Source of the DNA: Thalia democratica
Taxonomy: Eukaryota
Reading direction: 5' to 3'
Length of the DNA: 64,000 nucleotides
Assembly: GCA_965202585.1 (NCBI GenBank)
Contig: OZ241827.1
Location: 90,954,001 to 91,018,000, forward strand
In this document: piece after piece, positions 25,901 through 41,200 of the stretch
Layout: every line of letters starts with the position of its first letter
How positions within the stretch are numbered: the stretch's first letter is position 1
Program-made: the position numbers and the translations under genes
The notes under the pieces: generated by a model
What the model saw: only the letters and a program-made list of their open reading frames with translations
What the model was told of the DNA's origin: nothing
Databases searched by the model: none

Positions 25901-28900
25901 ACTAAAACTATAATTACTTTTTGGATTTCTATTGTATATCTAACCACATCATTCTAAAAAACATCTCTTGAAAGTTCGTTCAATATTTCAGTTTAAATTT
26001 TGTTTTTAGTTTTAATACTAAACTAAATTACATATATTTTAATTATTTTATTTAATTAACATCAAATGGTTCAATTTTCTTTACATTACTGATAAAAACA
26101 TATAGCAGTTTAATTACTTATGACATTAAAAAAAGTATCCAATAATTAACATATACACTAAATATAGTTTAATAAAAGTGTTTTAATACATACTAATATT
26201 GATATTTACATCTGAAATTGTACATCTAAACACAATATAAACTTGTTATTTGCTTTTATTAATTTACACTTTAACATGTTATCCTAGCTTAAGCTTGTTT
26301 TTAAAAATGTTCTTAGCCGCTTTAGTAAAACACTTTGTACTTTTATGATTTCTTCACAAAACATTGACCGAATTCAGTTTATGTTAAAAAAAATCAAAGT
26401 AAGTAGTTGGCTTCATTTTAAATAATGTTTGAAAAATTTATTAAACATTTTAAATCGTTTCAAAACTAGAAAATAAATCAAAACTTATATTATGTACCTT
26501 TGTCTTTAGATATAAGAAGAGTGTCCTGTATAGTTTTAGTGTTAACCAAATAATATGAAAATAAAGCTTTTTTTACATTATTATAAAAGAATATTGATTA
26601 TAGCTAACATTTGGTAAACTATTGTGTTGCATACTTGACTTTGACTCTTTTTTTTAAAAACTTAAGTTGCGCAAAACAACCACAGTTGATTTAGTTTTCA
26701 GTTATCAACAGTGCTAGTTTAAACTTATCAATTTTTATGTTTGCTTTAAAAGTTTTAAGTAGTGTTTATAAATTATTTAATCTTCTAAAGCTAATAACAT
26801 AACCAATTTATATCGCAAGAAAAAGCCATATTAAGATAATATGGTATAAATATGAACTAACCAAAGTACATAATAAGAGAACATATTTTGATATTACCAA
26901 AAGACTTTTTCTGGCAGGATTGTATAACATAAACCAGAATGTACAAGTTCATAATTTAAAAAAAATGTAGAGATGGTATAATGCACTGTATACAAATTAA
27001 TTCAATTTATTTTATTTATTCAAACATATGCTTTAATGTTTGATACGTCAAACATTAAATTAAGTTATCTTTTAATTTATGACGAAAACTTGTTATTTTT
27101 ATTAATGACTCGATAACCGAAACGTTTTTCTTACTGCAAATCCAAGCTTTTGAAAATTTTTGGTCGTAAAAAAAAATATAAGACTTTTGATATAATGTCA
27201 ACTGATTTTAAAAAAAAAATTGAAAGTTTAATTTCTAACACAGTCAAGAGAAAATACATAGTTTATTATTACTTAAAACAACTTTGTGGTAAAACAAAAT
27301 GTTACAAAGTTAAAATTTTAAAACTAACATACAAACATTAGCTAAAAATATAAGTTGATGTCAAAGTTAAAAGCTATAACAAAACTCATACATACACATA
27401 TTTTATCAAAAATTAGATATTACTTTAACAAAACAAAAACTTATTTGAAACTTATAGTATACCTTAAACTTACTGTAAGATGTGTTCTGTTTTACATCAG
27501 TCTAAAATACCCCAAGCATGCATTCAAGTCAGTGTAGAAAGAAAAAATACTTTTTATTCATTTTTTTATAGAAAGTTTTTACTCTTTTGAAATTGATACT
27601 TAACTAATAGCTTAAGATGTAAATAGTTCTTGTTCCTATTGTATTTTAGACAGTCTTTCTTAAGTGTTCTAGCAACGCTATTAATATGTTCGGTACTTCA
27701 GAAATTTTTAAATTGTTTAATTTCAACAATTTAATAATGCTTTGCTCAACATAAAAAGATATGTTCCAAACTATAGCTTTTATAAAGTTCTTTGCGTTTT
27801 TACTTGATAAGGAAAAAGCACAATTTAGTTTTCTTTTCTAGATTTATTATTATTTTTAAATTTTCAGTTTAAGTTACATTAGAAAAGGACTTTTAATTCT
27901 CCTAATAACTCAATATTACCTATAAGATAATTGGAAAACTACTAACGTTTGGTTATAGAATTCATTTAAATATTAACTTGTTCTAAACAACTGAAAATTA
28001 TTTGTTTGCAAAAAATATACAAAAACACACTATGTTAAATAAATAACCTATAATGTTGGTATAAAAACAATAATAAATTACAATTTTTCTAATACACATT
28101 ATTTTTTAAATCTTCTAAGGCTATGACACCATTTAGCACTGAGAACGCATACTGTTCTCATTCATCATCTTTTCCCCGGTTTATAAATTTTAAGCTGGTT
28201 TATATCAGCTCCAAATTAAAGCTTCAAAACTCAAGTTGCATTTTCTTTTCCTTAAGAAATTTCTTATTTTTGTTTTTATTTGGTAAAACATTTCTTTTTT
28301 TAAACAACCGCTCCGTCATTACAAACTTCAAAAGTATTAAATTTATTACAATTTTTTGTTGAAAAATGTTGTGTACACAAATTGCGCTATAAAATTGCAA
28401 AAATATTCTTGGATTAATACTCAGCAAAATCAGTTCACTTTTTATTTAAATGAAAACCTAATCTAGTATATAAATGATAAATTTTTTATATAGTATTGCA
28501 CTTGTATTGTTTAATTTCAAACTTTATATAGTTTAAATAAGACCAGCACGAATTTGTTTAAATATATAAATTATGGCAGTTATCTCCAATCCTATATAAA
28601 GATAATAAGGGAAGGCTTTAAATATTCAACTTACACTTCAAGCTTGTATATATTTTGTCCTGATTATTTTTATGTTAAAAAGTTATGTACTTAATTTTAG
28701 TAAGTTTCAAAAATATTTTTTTTTTTTTTCAAAATATATTAAAGTTTTTTTGTAAGATATAGAAAAAAACTATATATTTTTATTCTTTTTGACTGTAGAA
28801 AGGTTTTTTTGTTGTAAGTCTTTTCAATTTTTAAAAAACTTTTGGACTCATAGAAACTAGCTAAATTAAAATTATACAGTTAGAACTGTTTAGTAATTAA

Positions 28901-31200
28901 CAGGATTCAAAATTCTCTATATAATCAGTTTACAAACAAAACTATCAAACTTTAACTGATGAAACCAGGTCTTAAAGGTAAAAACTAATTATACTTTAAT
29001 ATTAGTACTTTTTGAGCAATATTTAATTCAAGACTTCTAAAAATAACAAAACTACTATCGAGATTTAATACAAGGTGATTAAAACAAACTTATAGATCTA
29101 AGACATATCTTTTAATTTTAAGTTTGTTTAAAAGTAAAATTTTACTTAGCATTCAGCTTTTATGTACTAACTAAAATTTAAAAAATAAAAATAATGAACA
29201 CTATAAAATAAAATAACAAGATACTTTTAACTTAGTTTTAATTTAGTTGTTTCTAATAAAAGTACAGAGTAGAGAACTTTGAAATTATATAAAACGTAAA
29301 ACTTTTTTATTGAGATTTTTATTTACCAAAAAATTAAAATTTGTATATTTGGTGATGTTGTTGAACAAAATAATATAGTATAGTATTATATATATAATAA
29401 AAAAAAAGTGGCAGCATTTAATATTTATTTAGCATTAAAATAAACAAATCACAACTAGTAAATAATCACTAAGTTGAGGAAACTCCTATACATATTTACA
29501 TGGAAAAAAGTATTCTCAATTATCTACTAATCAAAATACTTAGTTAGCTGTGTTTAAAAATATGAAGTCGTTATTCTTTATAAATTAGAACTGATGAAAA
29601 AAAAGGAAGCATTAAATAAAACAGTAAATAAATTTAATTGTTTTTTAAATTATACTATTATTAGTTCATTTCTTATAAAGCTGCTAAATTTTAAATATGC
29701 ATTTAATTAAGCACAAGAAAACAAAAATCCAAAACAAAAGTTAGTTGGGGTAGTTTAAAAAAATTAACATAAATTACTATGTGATAAAAAAAAGGTAACT
29801 CAACATTAAACTATAAAAGTTGAACTAACTGTAATATAAGAAACAACAGAATTTATTTTAAATTTATTGTTATTACAACAGTATCTCAGATTACTTTTGT
29901 ATTCAAAAGCAAGATATTTGATATAACAAACTTATTAGGCTTTGTTTGCTACATTTGGAACTGTACATTAAATGAGTTTAAATAACATTTAATGATAATA
30001 TGAGAAAAATTTTAACATTTTCGATAATGGCAAAAAGTAGCTGAAGAAATAGTAAGTTTTTAAGTATTATGAATTTAAAACAAATTAAAAAAGCTAGTAA
30101 CTTATTTCTTAGTTAGTTTTTAAATCATGCTTATTTATAAGCGAAAAACTATTAATTTAAAAAATATTATTTTCCTGTACTATTAAAAACTCACTATGTT
30201 TCACAATAGAATGAATCTAAATTAATACTTATATCAAGTAGTTATTAAAACTAAATTTTTTTAATTTGTTTTGCATAATCATTTGCCTTGAAGCTCAAAA
30301 AAAGGAAAAAAAAAAAAAATACAAATAAAATTAAGCAAATAAAAAAAATAAAAATAAACGAAGTTTCACAATTATTTATTAATAAAATAATAGGAAATAA
30401 TGTTATAGGAAAATAAGATCGATTCATCCTAAGAAAACAATAAGGTTTGCAAATATTATATAAGTTACACAAAGGACTTCAAACTTTTCACCTTACAAAT
30501 TCACATATTTTTTTGTATGTTTATAAATGTTAAAAAAACAGCACTTTATCAAACCTAACTTAATGCATAGTCATAAGAGCAGTTATAAATAAATTTACTA
30601 ATTAATCTTTACTCAACTTAAGTACTAATAACTTAATTTTCATTACAAAAGACCTCAATATAATTTTTTTCAATAATCTTAGTAATTTATTACTGTATAT
30701 ACTATATAAATCAAAATAATTTGCCTAAAAAGTACCGCACAATTTTTTTTTTAATTATAACATGTAAGGGACTATAAATTAAATCTTATAATTATGAAAA
30801 TTATTCTAAATTAAAAAAATTATAATTATAAATATTCTAAATTAAAAAAATTATAATTATAAATTTCATTGAAAATATAATTTTCAATGAAAAAATTCTT
30901 TTAAGACTTGCTATCACTTAAAGTACACTAAAGTCAGTTTAAGCCCCAACATCGTATATAGAAAAAAATCAGAATATTAACAAAATAAAATGTGAATCTA
31001 GCACATTCACAAGATAAAAGATACCTAGTATTTGTACGATGAATAATACGATAGATATTTTTTTAAAAACTAATACTAGTCAAACAAAAGGAAAATGCCA
31101 TCGAAAACGTAAAGAAAACAACTTTAAAAAATAACTGCACACAAATTTATACTTCTAGACAATCACAAGTTAAACATTCAGGAACTATTTCATCATATTT

Positions 31201-31317
31201 CTACCAAGTTCTCTCTTCATACTGCTTTGAAGAATTTTCTTTTTTCTGTTTATAATTATTTATCTGGTGATAATTGTAAGGATGATGCCTGTTGTTGTGT
31301 TGGTGTTGTTTTGCCGC
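31201..31317 (-). pseudogene. Candidate terminal coding exon (AAKQHQHNNRHHPYNYHQINNYKQKKENSSKQYEERTW*), unit 2
   Basis: Follows a T-rich tract and AG (aag here, cag in unit 3). Only frame 0 is open. The ending ERTW* resembles the (D/E)R(V/I)(F/W)* end of metazoan CDK9. Confidence 0.4.
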
Positions 31318-32053
31318 CTTTGAATAATTTACAATAAAAGTATAAAGAAATAATAAAAGTATAATAATTGATATCCTAATTATTTTCAAGTAATACTTGA
31401 AACATTTTATTGTTGTACTGATAATTTATATTGTTGCGCAGAGTGGAAAATTGTATAACAACCAAATAATCAATAAAGATTATTAACAAACAGTGTGAGT
31501 CAAAAATTATTTTGTTTCGGACATTTTTCTATGGTTTAAAAAGGAGATTCCTGTGTTGTAGCGTCAAAAAGTAAATATAACGCGTATTTGAAAAAGGTAA
31601 AAATGAACGTCAAGTTTTTGACTTAATGGCACGCGTGAGTCATAAGTTTATTTTAGTTTTTTTCAGATTATTTTTAAAACTTTATTTTGATTGACAGGTT
31701 AAAATATAACGAAAAATTAAGTCATAACAGCTGCTTTTGAACACATACGATTAAAATACTAATCTAATAAAAATATATTAAAAATTTTTATTACTCTTAT
31801 TATAGGTCAGATAAAAAACGAATTAACTTTAACTTTATAACAAAAAAATAGTCAATTAAATTATTTTTAGGTAATTTCTTTTGTTATATTTTTTAATATA
31901 AAATTTTGACTAAAGAATTTTTGGGTTTTACATTATTTTCCTTGTTCAAAAAAAATGTTTTTAACTTTGGAGGAAAATAAACAAGTGCTATTACTGTTAA
32001 AAGAACTAAAACTTAGCGTGTACAACTAAATTCATATACATGTTTTTATTTAC

Positions 32054-32102
32054 CAACTTTCTCCTGCTTTTTTGGTGATTTTGGTCCATTAATTGCCTGT
32101 CG
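32054..32102 (-). other. Candidate 49-nt exon between the kinase exon and the terminal exon (50 nt in unit 3, 51989-52038)
   Basis: gttttgtttcttttag|CGACAGG...AAAGTTG|gtaaat. A 1-nt length difference between units breaks the frame. Confidence 0.35.
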
Positions 32103-32205
32103 CTAAAAGAAACAAAACATAAAACATCATTAAACAGTTAACTTTTTTTCTGGTGATTTTGTGACAGAAATTCAAAATAATTTTGTATAATGTAAATAAT
32201 CTAAC

Positions 32206-32294
32206 CTAACAGCAACTGAGGAGCTCTGTACCAGAATGTTACCACATTGTTTGGATACCTATTCTCTTCACCTTCTTTGCAAACTCTGAACGGT
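32206..32294 (-). pseudogene. CDK9: CDK9-like activation-segment exon, copy 2
   Basis: 89 nt with AG/GT flanks; (R)PFRVCKEGEENRYPNNVVTFWYRAPQLLL(G). Confidence 0.8.
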
Positions 32295-35200
32295 CTGAAA
32301 TAACTATTAATTATATGCTTTGTAGTTGTATTTAGTTATTTTATTATATATGTTGTATAATGTTTGTGTATCTACTTGACTCTTCCTTCTTTATAGCTCT
32401 TAACCATTGGAATCTAACAAAGTTTGTAAATATAAATTTGATGTATTGTTAGCATAGTAACGAAAGAGATAGAAAAATAATAAAATGCATTTGAAAGAGT
32501 AAATTACGTAAGATGAAAGTTTAAGTGAAAAAAAAAATTCGCTCAGTATTAAGCCGGGCTAAACCTTTAGGGTGGAGGTGGGGACGTGGTGGCCCAGACA
32601 GCGACATCGTGTGGAGAAAAAAACAGTAAACTTTTTTAATTATAATTTTTTTCTTAAACCAAATCTGTGCAACCTCAGACAAACCTAGGGACTCTGTGGC
32701 GCCACCTAGCGGATAAAAGTTTTGTTTAAGTCTTCAAGCTGAGTTTAGATTTTTTTATAGCTATAAATATTTTATTTTTCTTATAGCTTTTAGATCTTAA
32801 TTTTTTGTATGATTCTTTTTATTCTAACGGCTTCAAACATATTTTACTTAATATACCGCACAGAGTGAAAGTAAAGTCTCAACTTTAATAATTTTACACC
32901 AATAATTAAAATAGCCATACGAATAAATAAAACATGTAATCTTATAAAGTTTAAAAGAAAATGCTGGAGGTTTTCGTGTAAACTTTTATTTTTTTTTTGT
33001 TTAAAATGTTTGTTTTCAGCAAAAAAAAAACATATTGACAATTTCAACTAGTTTTGCGTAACTGTTTAATAATTGATCCTAAAAAATATTAGTTATTAAT
33101 GTAACAGTCTTATGATAACTTGATTCTAACTATTTTTGTTTTTCTTAGTTTTAGTCATACAAAACTCCTTATAAGTCATATTACAAATTAGTTTAAGAAA
33201 TACTTAAGATTTTTTCGCTAAAAATTTTGAAGGTTTGATTTAATTAAGATTTACTCTAACTTTTGTAAAATACATGTTGTTTTGGATGCTTAAGTTCAGC
33301 ATATTAATTAACAATTAAAATAAATACTATCGCTAAATATGAGAAAGCATGTATAGCATCTGCTACTGCTTTGTTCTAAAGCAGTTGATATCTTGAAATA
33401 AGTTGTCTTTCTAAGTATGAACTTTCCAAAACTTCAACATTAAAATAACACTTTTTCAAAGCTTACGTTAGTGTAAATGTTTTAGAATGTTGCAGTTTCA
33501 TAAAAACTCGACATATAAAAGAAATGTTTATATTTCAAGTGTTTATAACAGGCATTAACTTGTTTTTGAATGAAATAATAAAAGACTGGTTAAATTTTTT
33601 CAAAGATTAGCTAAAAATGATACTTTTTAACTTATGATACTATATAACACTTTAATTGATACTTTTAAAAACACATAGATGTCAATGCAGGACTGTTTTA
33701 AACTTAACTGTTTTTTATCTAAAATAACAGTTAATACTTCATTAAACTGATCTACTTCAAGATAAATAGTTTTAAACTACTTATGTGCAGTTATCAATAA
33801 AATTTCGTTTACTGTTCGACAAAATATAGATCATTTGCATTATTTAACAATCGAGTGGTTTGTGTAAGTTAAAGCTTTTAAAAACTATTCATAATTATTT
33901 AAAATATTCTGAATGTTTTAAAAGATTTCTATTAAAATATACGTAATGATATACATAACATAATGGTTCAGTTTGACAAAACAATATATTAACAATTTTA
34001 GTTCGCTTACAATTTTAATGTAGCGCAAATGATAGTTTGATGAAAAAATAAAGTGTTAGTTGTTTTAAATCAAGCGTATATAAACAAACTTATAAAGACT
34101 CATACTTTACGAAAATAACTTAGTTAGTTGAATAACATTGTTGTTGGTAAGTATCACATAGTTACAAAAGAATAGTCTACTTTGCAAATCAACCCAGAAT
34201 AACCAACTATTTGCAGATGAAATTGTATTTCATCAAAAGTTTATAGTGTTTGTGTTGCCGACACATTTAAATGATGTTTTGCAAACAGTTATGTAAGTTA
34301 CACCTTAGATCATGTATTATTTTGTATCAAAATGTTTTAAGGAAAATATCAGTATAAATACGTCAATAATGCAACTATTAATGCAATGTCAATTTCATCT
34401 TTAAGAATTACAGTGATTTCAGTACATTAGGAAAGTTTTTATGTTGTCTATTAAAAACTTTGGTTTAAAAAAGCTATTTTTATTAAACCGTTTTCTCATT
34501 AGATTTACCATTTTCGTATAGTTTCAAGTGTTAATTTCTTGTTAGTTTGTATATACACAATTTTAAACTTTTTACGTACTGTTGCAATTGACCAAGGCTT
34601 TAAAAAGCATTGATATATATTTATATATAAAAAAAAAGATTTTTGAAAGCTTTGAATTAAATCGTGAAATAAAAATAAATTGTACATTCTATGACATGCA
34701 CAAATAAAGAGGTCAAATGATGATTTTTAATTATTTGTCGTTAAAAACGAAACATAGACCATTTTCACAGCTAATAAACTGAAGATTACAAACAAGTTAG
34801 TACAGGTCTAAGTTGCTTAGTCTTTAAAACCTTTTTTGTACACTGAGACTTTACCAAGACTACGTTTTTAAGCGTTTTTTATAATATCAATAAAGCATTA
34901 GGGAAGTACATTGTTTTTAACAAATTTGGTAGCAAAATGTTTCAAGTTATTATGAGTAATTTAAAACTATAGAAGCTCAGGTTTTTCATTTCTGACATTT
35001 AACAGGTTTTACACATACAAGAGATTTAAACTATTTGGCAACCATAACTATTCAAGAAATTCTCAAAAGTATAAACGGGTTTTTAAGCTCATAAATTTTG
35101 CAAAAGTGTTACTTTTCTATACTTTAATTACTCTTTATAAACTTATAAAACAAATTTGGACAAAACAAGATTAAAAGGTTTTATTTTAAATGCGCTAGCG

Positions 35201-38200
35201 ACAACTAAACAAAAATAAATTGACTTTTATTCAAAAACAAATGAAAGACTCATACTTTGAAAAGCCAATTTTATAACTCAGCTTACACCCTAGTTAAGAA
35301 AATTAAATTTACTACATTTTAAATGAGTGTTTGTGGGCATGTACATAGTAAACTGATTAGATACTTGCTAGTTGAATGGTAATCAAAAGACATCCGTAAA
35401 AATGTTTATAAGCCTAACTTTCTTCTACTTTGCATCAGTCTTAATAAGTTTGCAAGTGTAAATAACTCCACAATTCTATTAGACATAAAATTCATACGAA
35501 TAGTCTTACTTTTTTTCAAAAATATAATTTTTTTAATGGAATAGGGTCGAGTAAAATTCGTTTGTTCAAAATGAAATCGACGTAGAGACGGTCAAATTAA
35601 TTTATAACTTGTTTTGCTGTACATAGACAGAAGAAAGACCTAAAAATTGCGTTACTTGCTAGACAGTGTACAGCCAATTTTGTAGACCGATATGAAAACT
35701 TGTATTTATAAAAAAAAAACAGATCAGTTTTAATATTTAACAAGAAGCGTACTTAGGGATTCAGCAAACTGCGTACATTTTAGCAAGAACGCTCTTCTAG
35801 AAAGTACGGCACGCGAGCAAATACTTAAAGAAAAACTTGCCAATGAGACTTATACCAAACCAAGTTCTGAATTTTAGTAAAATGATGTTTACTTGATTTA
35901 ATTCTACAAAACAACTAGGTATACCACCTTCTTCAGTGTAACAAGCCCGGACAACGAAACAGTTTTTAAAATCAACTTCACTTATCAAAAAACATTTCAA
36001 TTACACTTATATAAATAAGCTTTCACTTGCTGAAAATGTAGGTAGATAAGCATCTAAATGTGAATTAAACAGAAAAAAAGCTCAAGTTAAACAGCCTTCT
36101 TTTTTGAGCTTTACATGAGAAACCTAACAAACTTATATAAGCCGAAGAAACATTTAATTTTTTGTAAAAAACGAAGACCTTATTGTTAAAAAAATGTGAA
36201 CAAACAAGGTAGACACTACTTATGACATAAGGAAACTTTCAACCTACTTTAAACTTCTTAATTTAATTAAATTACTTTTACATTACTTTTAGTAACTTTA
36301 GGTTTTTTTTATAAATAAACCTTCAAAACGAAGAATTAAACTTCATCATTTAAACAAAGAAATGTCTATTTGCAGTAAGATGTAATTTTATTCACAAAAT
36401 CATTAAAATAAACAACAATAAAAATTGAAGAAGCACCCATCACCCTTCGTCTGCTGAATTTCATTGTCATCAGTTTCTGTTTAATACGTTGGTTATAATA
36501 CTTTTTATGTTATGAAATTTAAATAAGTATAAACAAATAAGTAATAAATACCTATATTTAACAAATAACTGTATTTTAGTTTAGAAAATATAATTAAAGT
36601 CGAATCTTAATTTTTTCAAATATATTTTTAAATTACAACTGGTCGAAGTTATAATAAATACAAACAAAATTTGTCAAATAATGGGTTTTACTACAGAACA
36701 ATTTTAAATACTACTTTTTGAAAAATTTAGAAAAATCATTGTAAAATAAAGTTTCATCAAATAAGACTATCAATTTCAAAACACTATTAAAAAATAAACA
36801 TAGAATAATGGAAGATACTAGTGGTAATATTGAATTTAATTAAAAGCAACTAATTTTCTTAGAAAATAAATCAAGACCGAAAAGTGTCAACACTTACAAT
36901 TAAACTATATTTCAACAAGCTTTAAACTATCTGAGTCTTTGGCTACTATAAAATGAAAAAGTTACTAAGCGATTTTATAACAAGTTATTTAACTTTACAA
37001 AATGTTTACATAAACTACAACAACGAGCAAAACGTTTCAACTTAAAATTAAGTTTTATCTATACCAAAGTTTTAAGTTCAACCTTTTACCATTATAAAAG
37101 CTACAAAAAACTATAGTCATAAGCAAAATCATTTCAAAAGTAAAACTATTAAATTACTTAAAGTTCTTAAACTTTTTTTCTACAGGAAAAAAAACTATTA
37201 CTCAGGGTTGATGAAAACAATGATGAAAAGCAAAATTATTTAAAAAGTAAAACTATTAAATTACTAAAGTTTCTTAAACTTTTTTTTACAGGAAAAAATA
37301 AACTATTACTCAGGGTTGCCAATCGTTTATTGAAGAGTTTTACAAGTGTTTGAAAGTACAAATTTTTGAGTCAACCTTTAGTATAAAATTAAATTTAAGC
37401 TCTTAAATGGAACAAAAGTATAAAAAGATACTATTGTGTGTGTTTTATACTTAAAAAAATATCCAAAATAAGAAAAAGTATTTGTGTATGATAGATTTTT
37501 CGTATTTAGTCCAGATTTATTATTTTAAATGTAAACTTGTTTAAAGTTTTTCTAAAAATTTCTCAAATTCCAGTTTTATATTTGCCTGAATAGTCAAATT
37601 ACAGGTTTTAAGAGTTTTTTTGGCAACGCTGATTAATGTCTTGGAAACTAATTCTAATAAAAACAAAATAAAAAACAAGATTAATTTAACTTGCAAGATA
37701 ATACATTAACAATTTGTTGGTAAAAAAACTTTTAGGCCATATTACAATTCTATTTTAAACTCTTGGTTTTATTTTTTTTAATTATGATGTACCTATTACA
37801 AAATAAATTTCAACCTGTTAAATATAACTAATTTGCTGGGTGTTTATTAAAATACAGAATTTAAAGAGATTTTACTGCAACAAAGTACTTTTATATATAA
37901 ATACTCAATCAAAAAAAAAAAATTAAACAATAAACCTTTTGCAAACAAATACTAAATCAAAATTAAGTGATTGTTATGGTTAAAAATTACTTTTTATTCT
38001 TTTATACTAACTTTGGTAGCCTTGGGGCACTTTGGACCTCAACACCTTTTCTATGGAAAGTTGCTAAAAGTTCCTGGTAACCGCAACCGGAAGTTTCTTA
38101 TTCCAGGAGCTGGTTTCTTTCATCAATTGAGGACATCAGCTTCAGTGGTTGGGATTTCTCACCTATGATGTCATATTAAGTAATTTCATTTCCAACTATT

Positions 38201-41200
38201 TAGTAAAAAGTTTTTGTTCAATTTTTAAATAAAACCTTAGATTATTAATTAGCTATGCTACTAATTTTAGAAAACTATACAAAAAACCTTTTTTTTTCTC
38301 TAATAACTAAGAATAAAATAGATCTATTTAGCACAGTAATTAAATACAGCTTTTTTTATAATTAATCATCTGGCTGCAACAGTTTAGCTTTGGACTGTGG
38401 AGCATACTATTATGTTATGTCCTTTTAAGAAAACCTAATCTATTTAAATAAGTAATTATAGTCTGATAAAGTAGTGCAGTATCACCATGTACCAACGATT
38501 ATTAATATAGTTTAGCCTACCAACCATATCCAAATATATTATTTTTAAATATAAAGTGTTTTACCCAACTCAAAATATTTTATTGTAAAATCTTTCCTTG
38601 TAACTAACTAATATAAATTAAAAAAATAAAATTGTGACACATTTAAAAAAATTTAGATCATAAACGCCCTTATGTATAAGTGTTTGTTTTTTTTATTTGA
38701 TTATTGTTTTGTTAAAAAAAGATACTGAACTTTGGAAACTTGTCTTCAAATTTTTTACTATGTTTTCAATCCTAATGTTCAACATCAAGTTGTTTTTAGA
38801 TGTAGAGAACTTTAATAATTGAACTAAAAAACCTTTAGTATCTTAAGTTATATGTTTACAAAAAAAAATTAAACTTTCCATTGTTAACCCTATTAATTCT
38901 TAATATATTTTTGATTGAATCTTTTATACATTGTTCAAGAAACATTTCTTGAATATCTAAGGTCTCTAGCACAGAGTTTTTAAAATAGAAGATAAATTGT
39001 TGGTGGGCTTTAAAGGGCATAGGGGGGTTAACCACTTTTTTGTTTAGTTACAATTTATTTACAATTTGCTTTTTACAAATTTTAAAAAATCAGGTCAAGT
39101 CCGAGACTACAATAGGTTCCTCGTGAAGGCAGGGTTGCCACTCTTTTTTTTTTTCAATTTTCCAGGTTTTCCTAACTTCTTACAGGTTGTTAAAAGTACA
39201 CATTTCTTAGTTTTAATTGATGAGTTTTAATGTGCCAACCCTGTGAGAAGCTAAAAAGGGATAAAAAAGACCTCCTTAAATCTTCACTACAATTCACTTA
39301 AAATCTACCTCCTCTTAAGTTTTCTGAGGTAATTACCTTAAATTAAACTTTTAAGAAATGTTTCTTGCAAAATTTAGAAAATTTTGTCGATCAAAATTTA
39401 AGAAAATAAAAAAATTATATCTGCCCTTTACAAACATTTGTCTGTCAAAAAACTTTCAGAAACAATTTTAGCTCACAAAATAGACTAGGCTTGTTTTAAA
39501 TTACACAAAATGTATTGGGATTTAATTTAGCTTCGACCTAAGGGATATAAGTAAAATTATTTCACTATTTGGTGTAAAAATTATTTAAAACGATCAAATA
39601 TAGTTTATCTCTTAATCACACAAACTATATAGCAAAATAAATAATAATAAGAAATCTTTAAAACACAATTTTTTTTTTAATAATCACTCACATTGTAAAC
39701 TATTCAAATGCTTTAGAAATTAAAGTATTATTAAATTATAAAAAATAAAACTCTATCAAAAGAAATGTTAAAACTATTTTAAATTACCAATTACAGTTAA
39801 GATTTATATTATAATTAAGTTAGTTAAGATTAATATATAATTTATATTACAATTAAATTACAAATCATATAAAACAAAGTGAGAACTTATGTAATAACAA
39901 ACCTTGAAAAAGATGGTGGAAATGAACTTTTCCTACTGCAGCACTGGTGGGGGATGTTCTGATGAAAGTTATAACATTATAAAACATGATCAAGATTAAT
40001 TATAAATAAAAAAAATTTGTAAATTAGTTTGATACAAATCAATCTATCTATCAAGTTGCAATTAAGCAGTACAAATAAAACTAACCATGTCTGGATGGTA
40101 TGGTGTTGTGGTTTTAAATCAAGTGTCCATCATGATTGTTGAATCATAAATAATTTAACTATGTACTGTACAATAATGTGTAAAAATAAAAAATAAAATT
40201 ATATGTGATCATATTATTATATTTCATTATTTTATGTTTGTCTTAAAGCTAAGATATAACTTAATACATTCTAAGCGTTCATAACAAAAAATGTATTTTG
40301 GGTTAAATATTTACTATAAATTATAATTAGTCCAGTATTGTTGAACACTATTCTAGATTTTAGGGACAAGTTAATCCCAACAGGCTTTTTACAAATTTCA
40401 TCATAGTTTTATGATTTCTTCCAGTTTTATCTATTAGCAAACTTTCTTGTGTCATTTAACTTAAATACAATTAATACTACTTAAAGTATACTTGACAACA
40501 AATTAAATTATTTTGTATTAATATATTTATCAAATGTCACAACTATCTACAACCAAAACTTTATCTGAATTGACTAAGATTCTATGTTGTTACTCAAATT
40601 TAAGGGTTAACTTTGGTTTTAATTTGCTAAATCAAGTTTAAAAAGTGGGTCATGAGCTGCAAAGAGGCCATGTGGTGGGATGAGGCAATAAGGGGGTTCT
40701 TGGGCCAAACATTGAAATTGGACATTTGTTCAAATTCAATGTTTTCCTGTATTCTGGGTAAAATATACATTACTAAACTACTCAAAATTAAATAGACAGG
40801 GTAACACATAAAAATGTAATTGTAGACATAAATAACAATGTGAGCTTTTGTTTTTGCTTTTCCAGAAGCATTAGTTCAGATTCAACATACATCATACTGT
40901 AGGTTACCATAAAAAAAAATAATGTACAGGACTATCTGATCAGGGCTTTGAAGTTTTATTAGTCAAAAAATCTTACTTATGTAAGTATTTTAGAGGTATT
41001 TATTGCAAATAAAAAAATTTTTATTATTAAAAATAAAATTTTATAAAACTTTTAATTATATTAGTATAAAAATGACTGAAAAACTTCAGTCTAATCCACA
41101 ACAATTTTAAAACTATTTTCGTTAATTTTTACTGTTATTTGAATAACTTGTTTTCATTATTTCGTTCTAAATTGAAACGTTCGTTTGTTTTATTCCTTTC

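Larger units (their letters stand above)
20077..40099. repeat. 20-kb tandem unit, copy 2
   Basis: Colinear with copy 1. The first ~6.5 kb is nearly identical to copy 1; 30.8-37.9 kb is nearly identical to copy 3. Confidence 0.98.

Noticed and set aside
31201-31389. 62-aa ORF (and 51133-51321) that looks like a secreted peptide with a signal sequence
   Set aside because: It starts at TTG, not ATG. The hydrophobic N-terminus is the translated T-rich polypyrimidine tract ahead of a splice acceptor.
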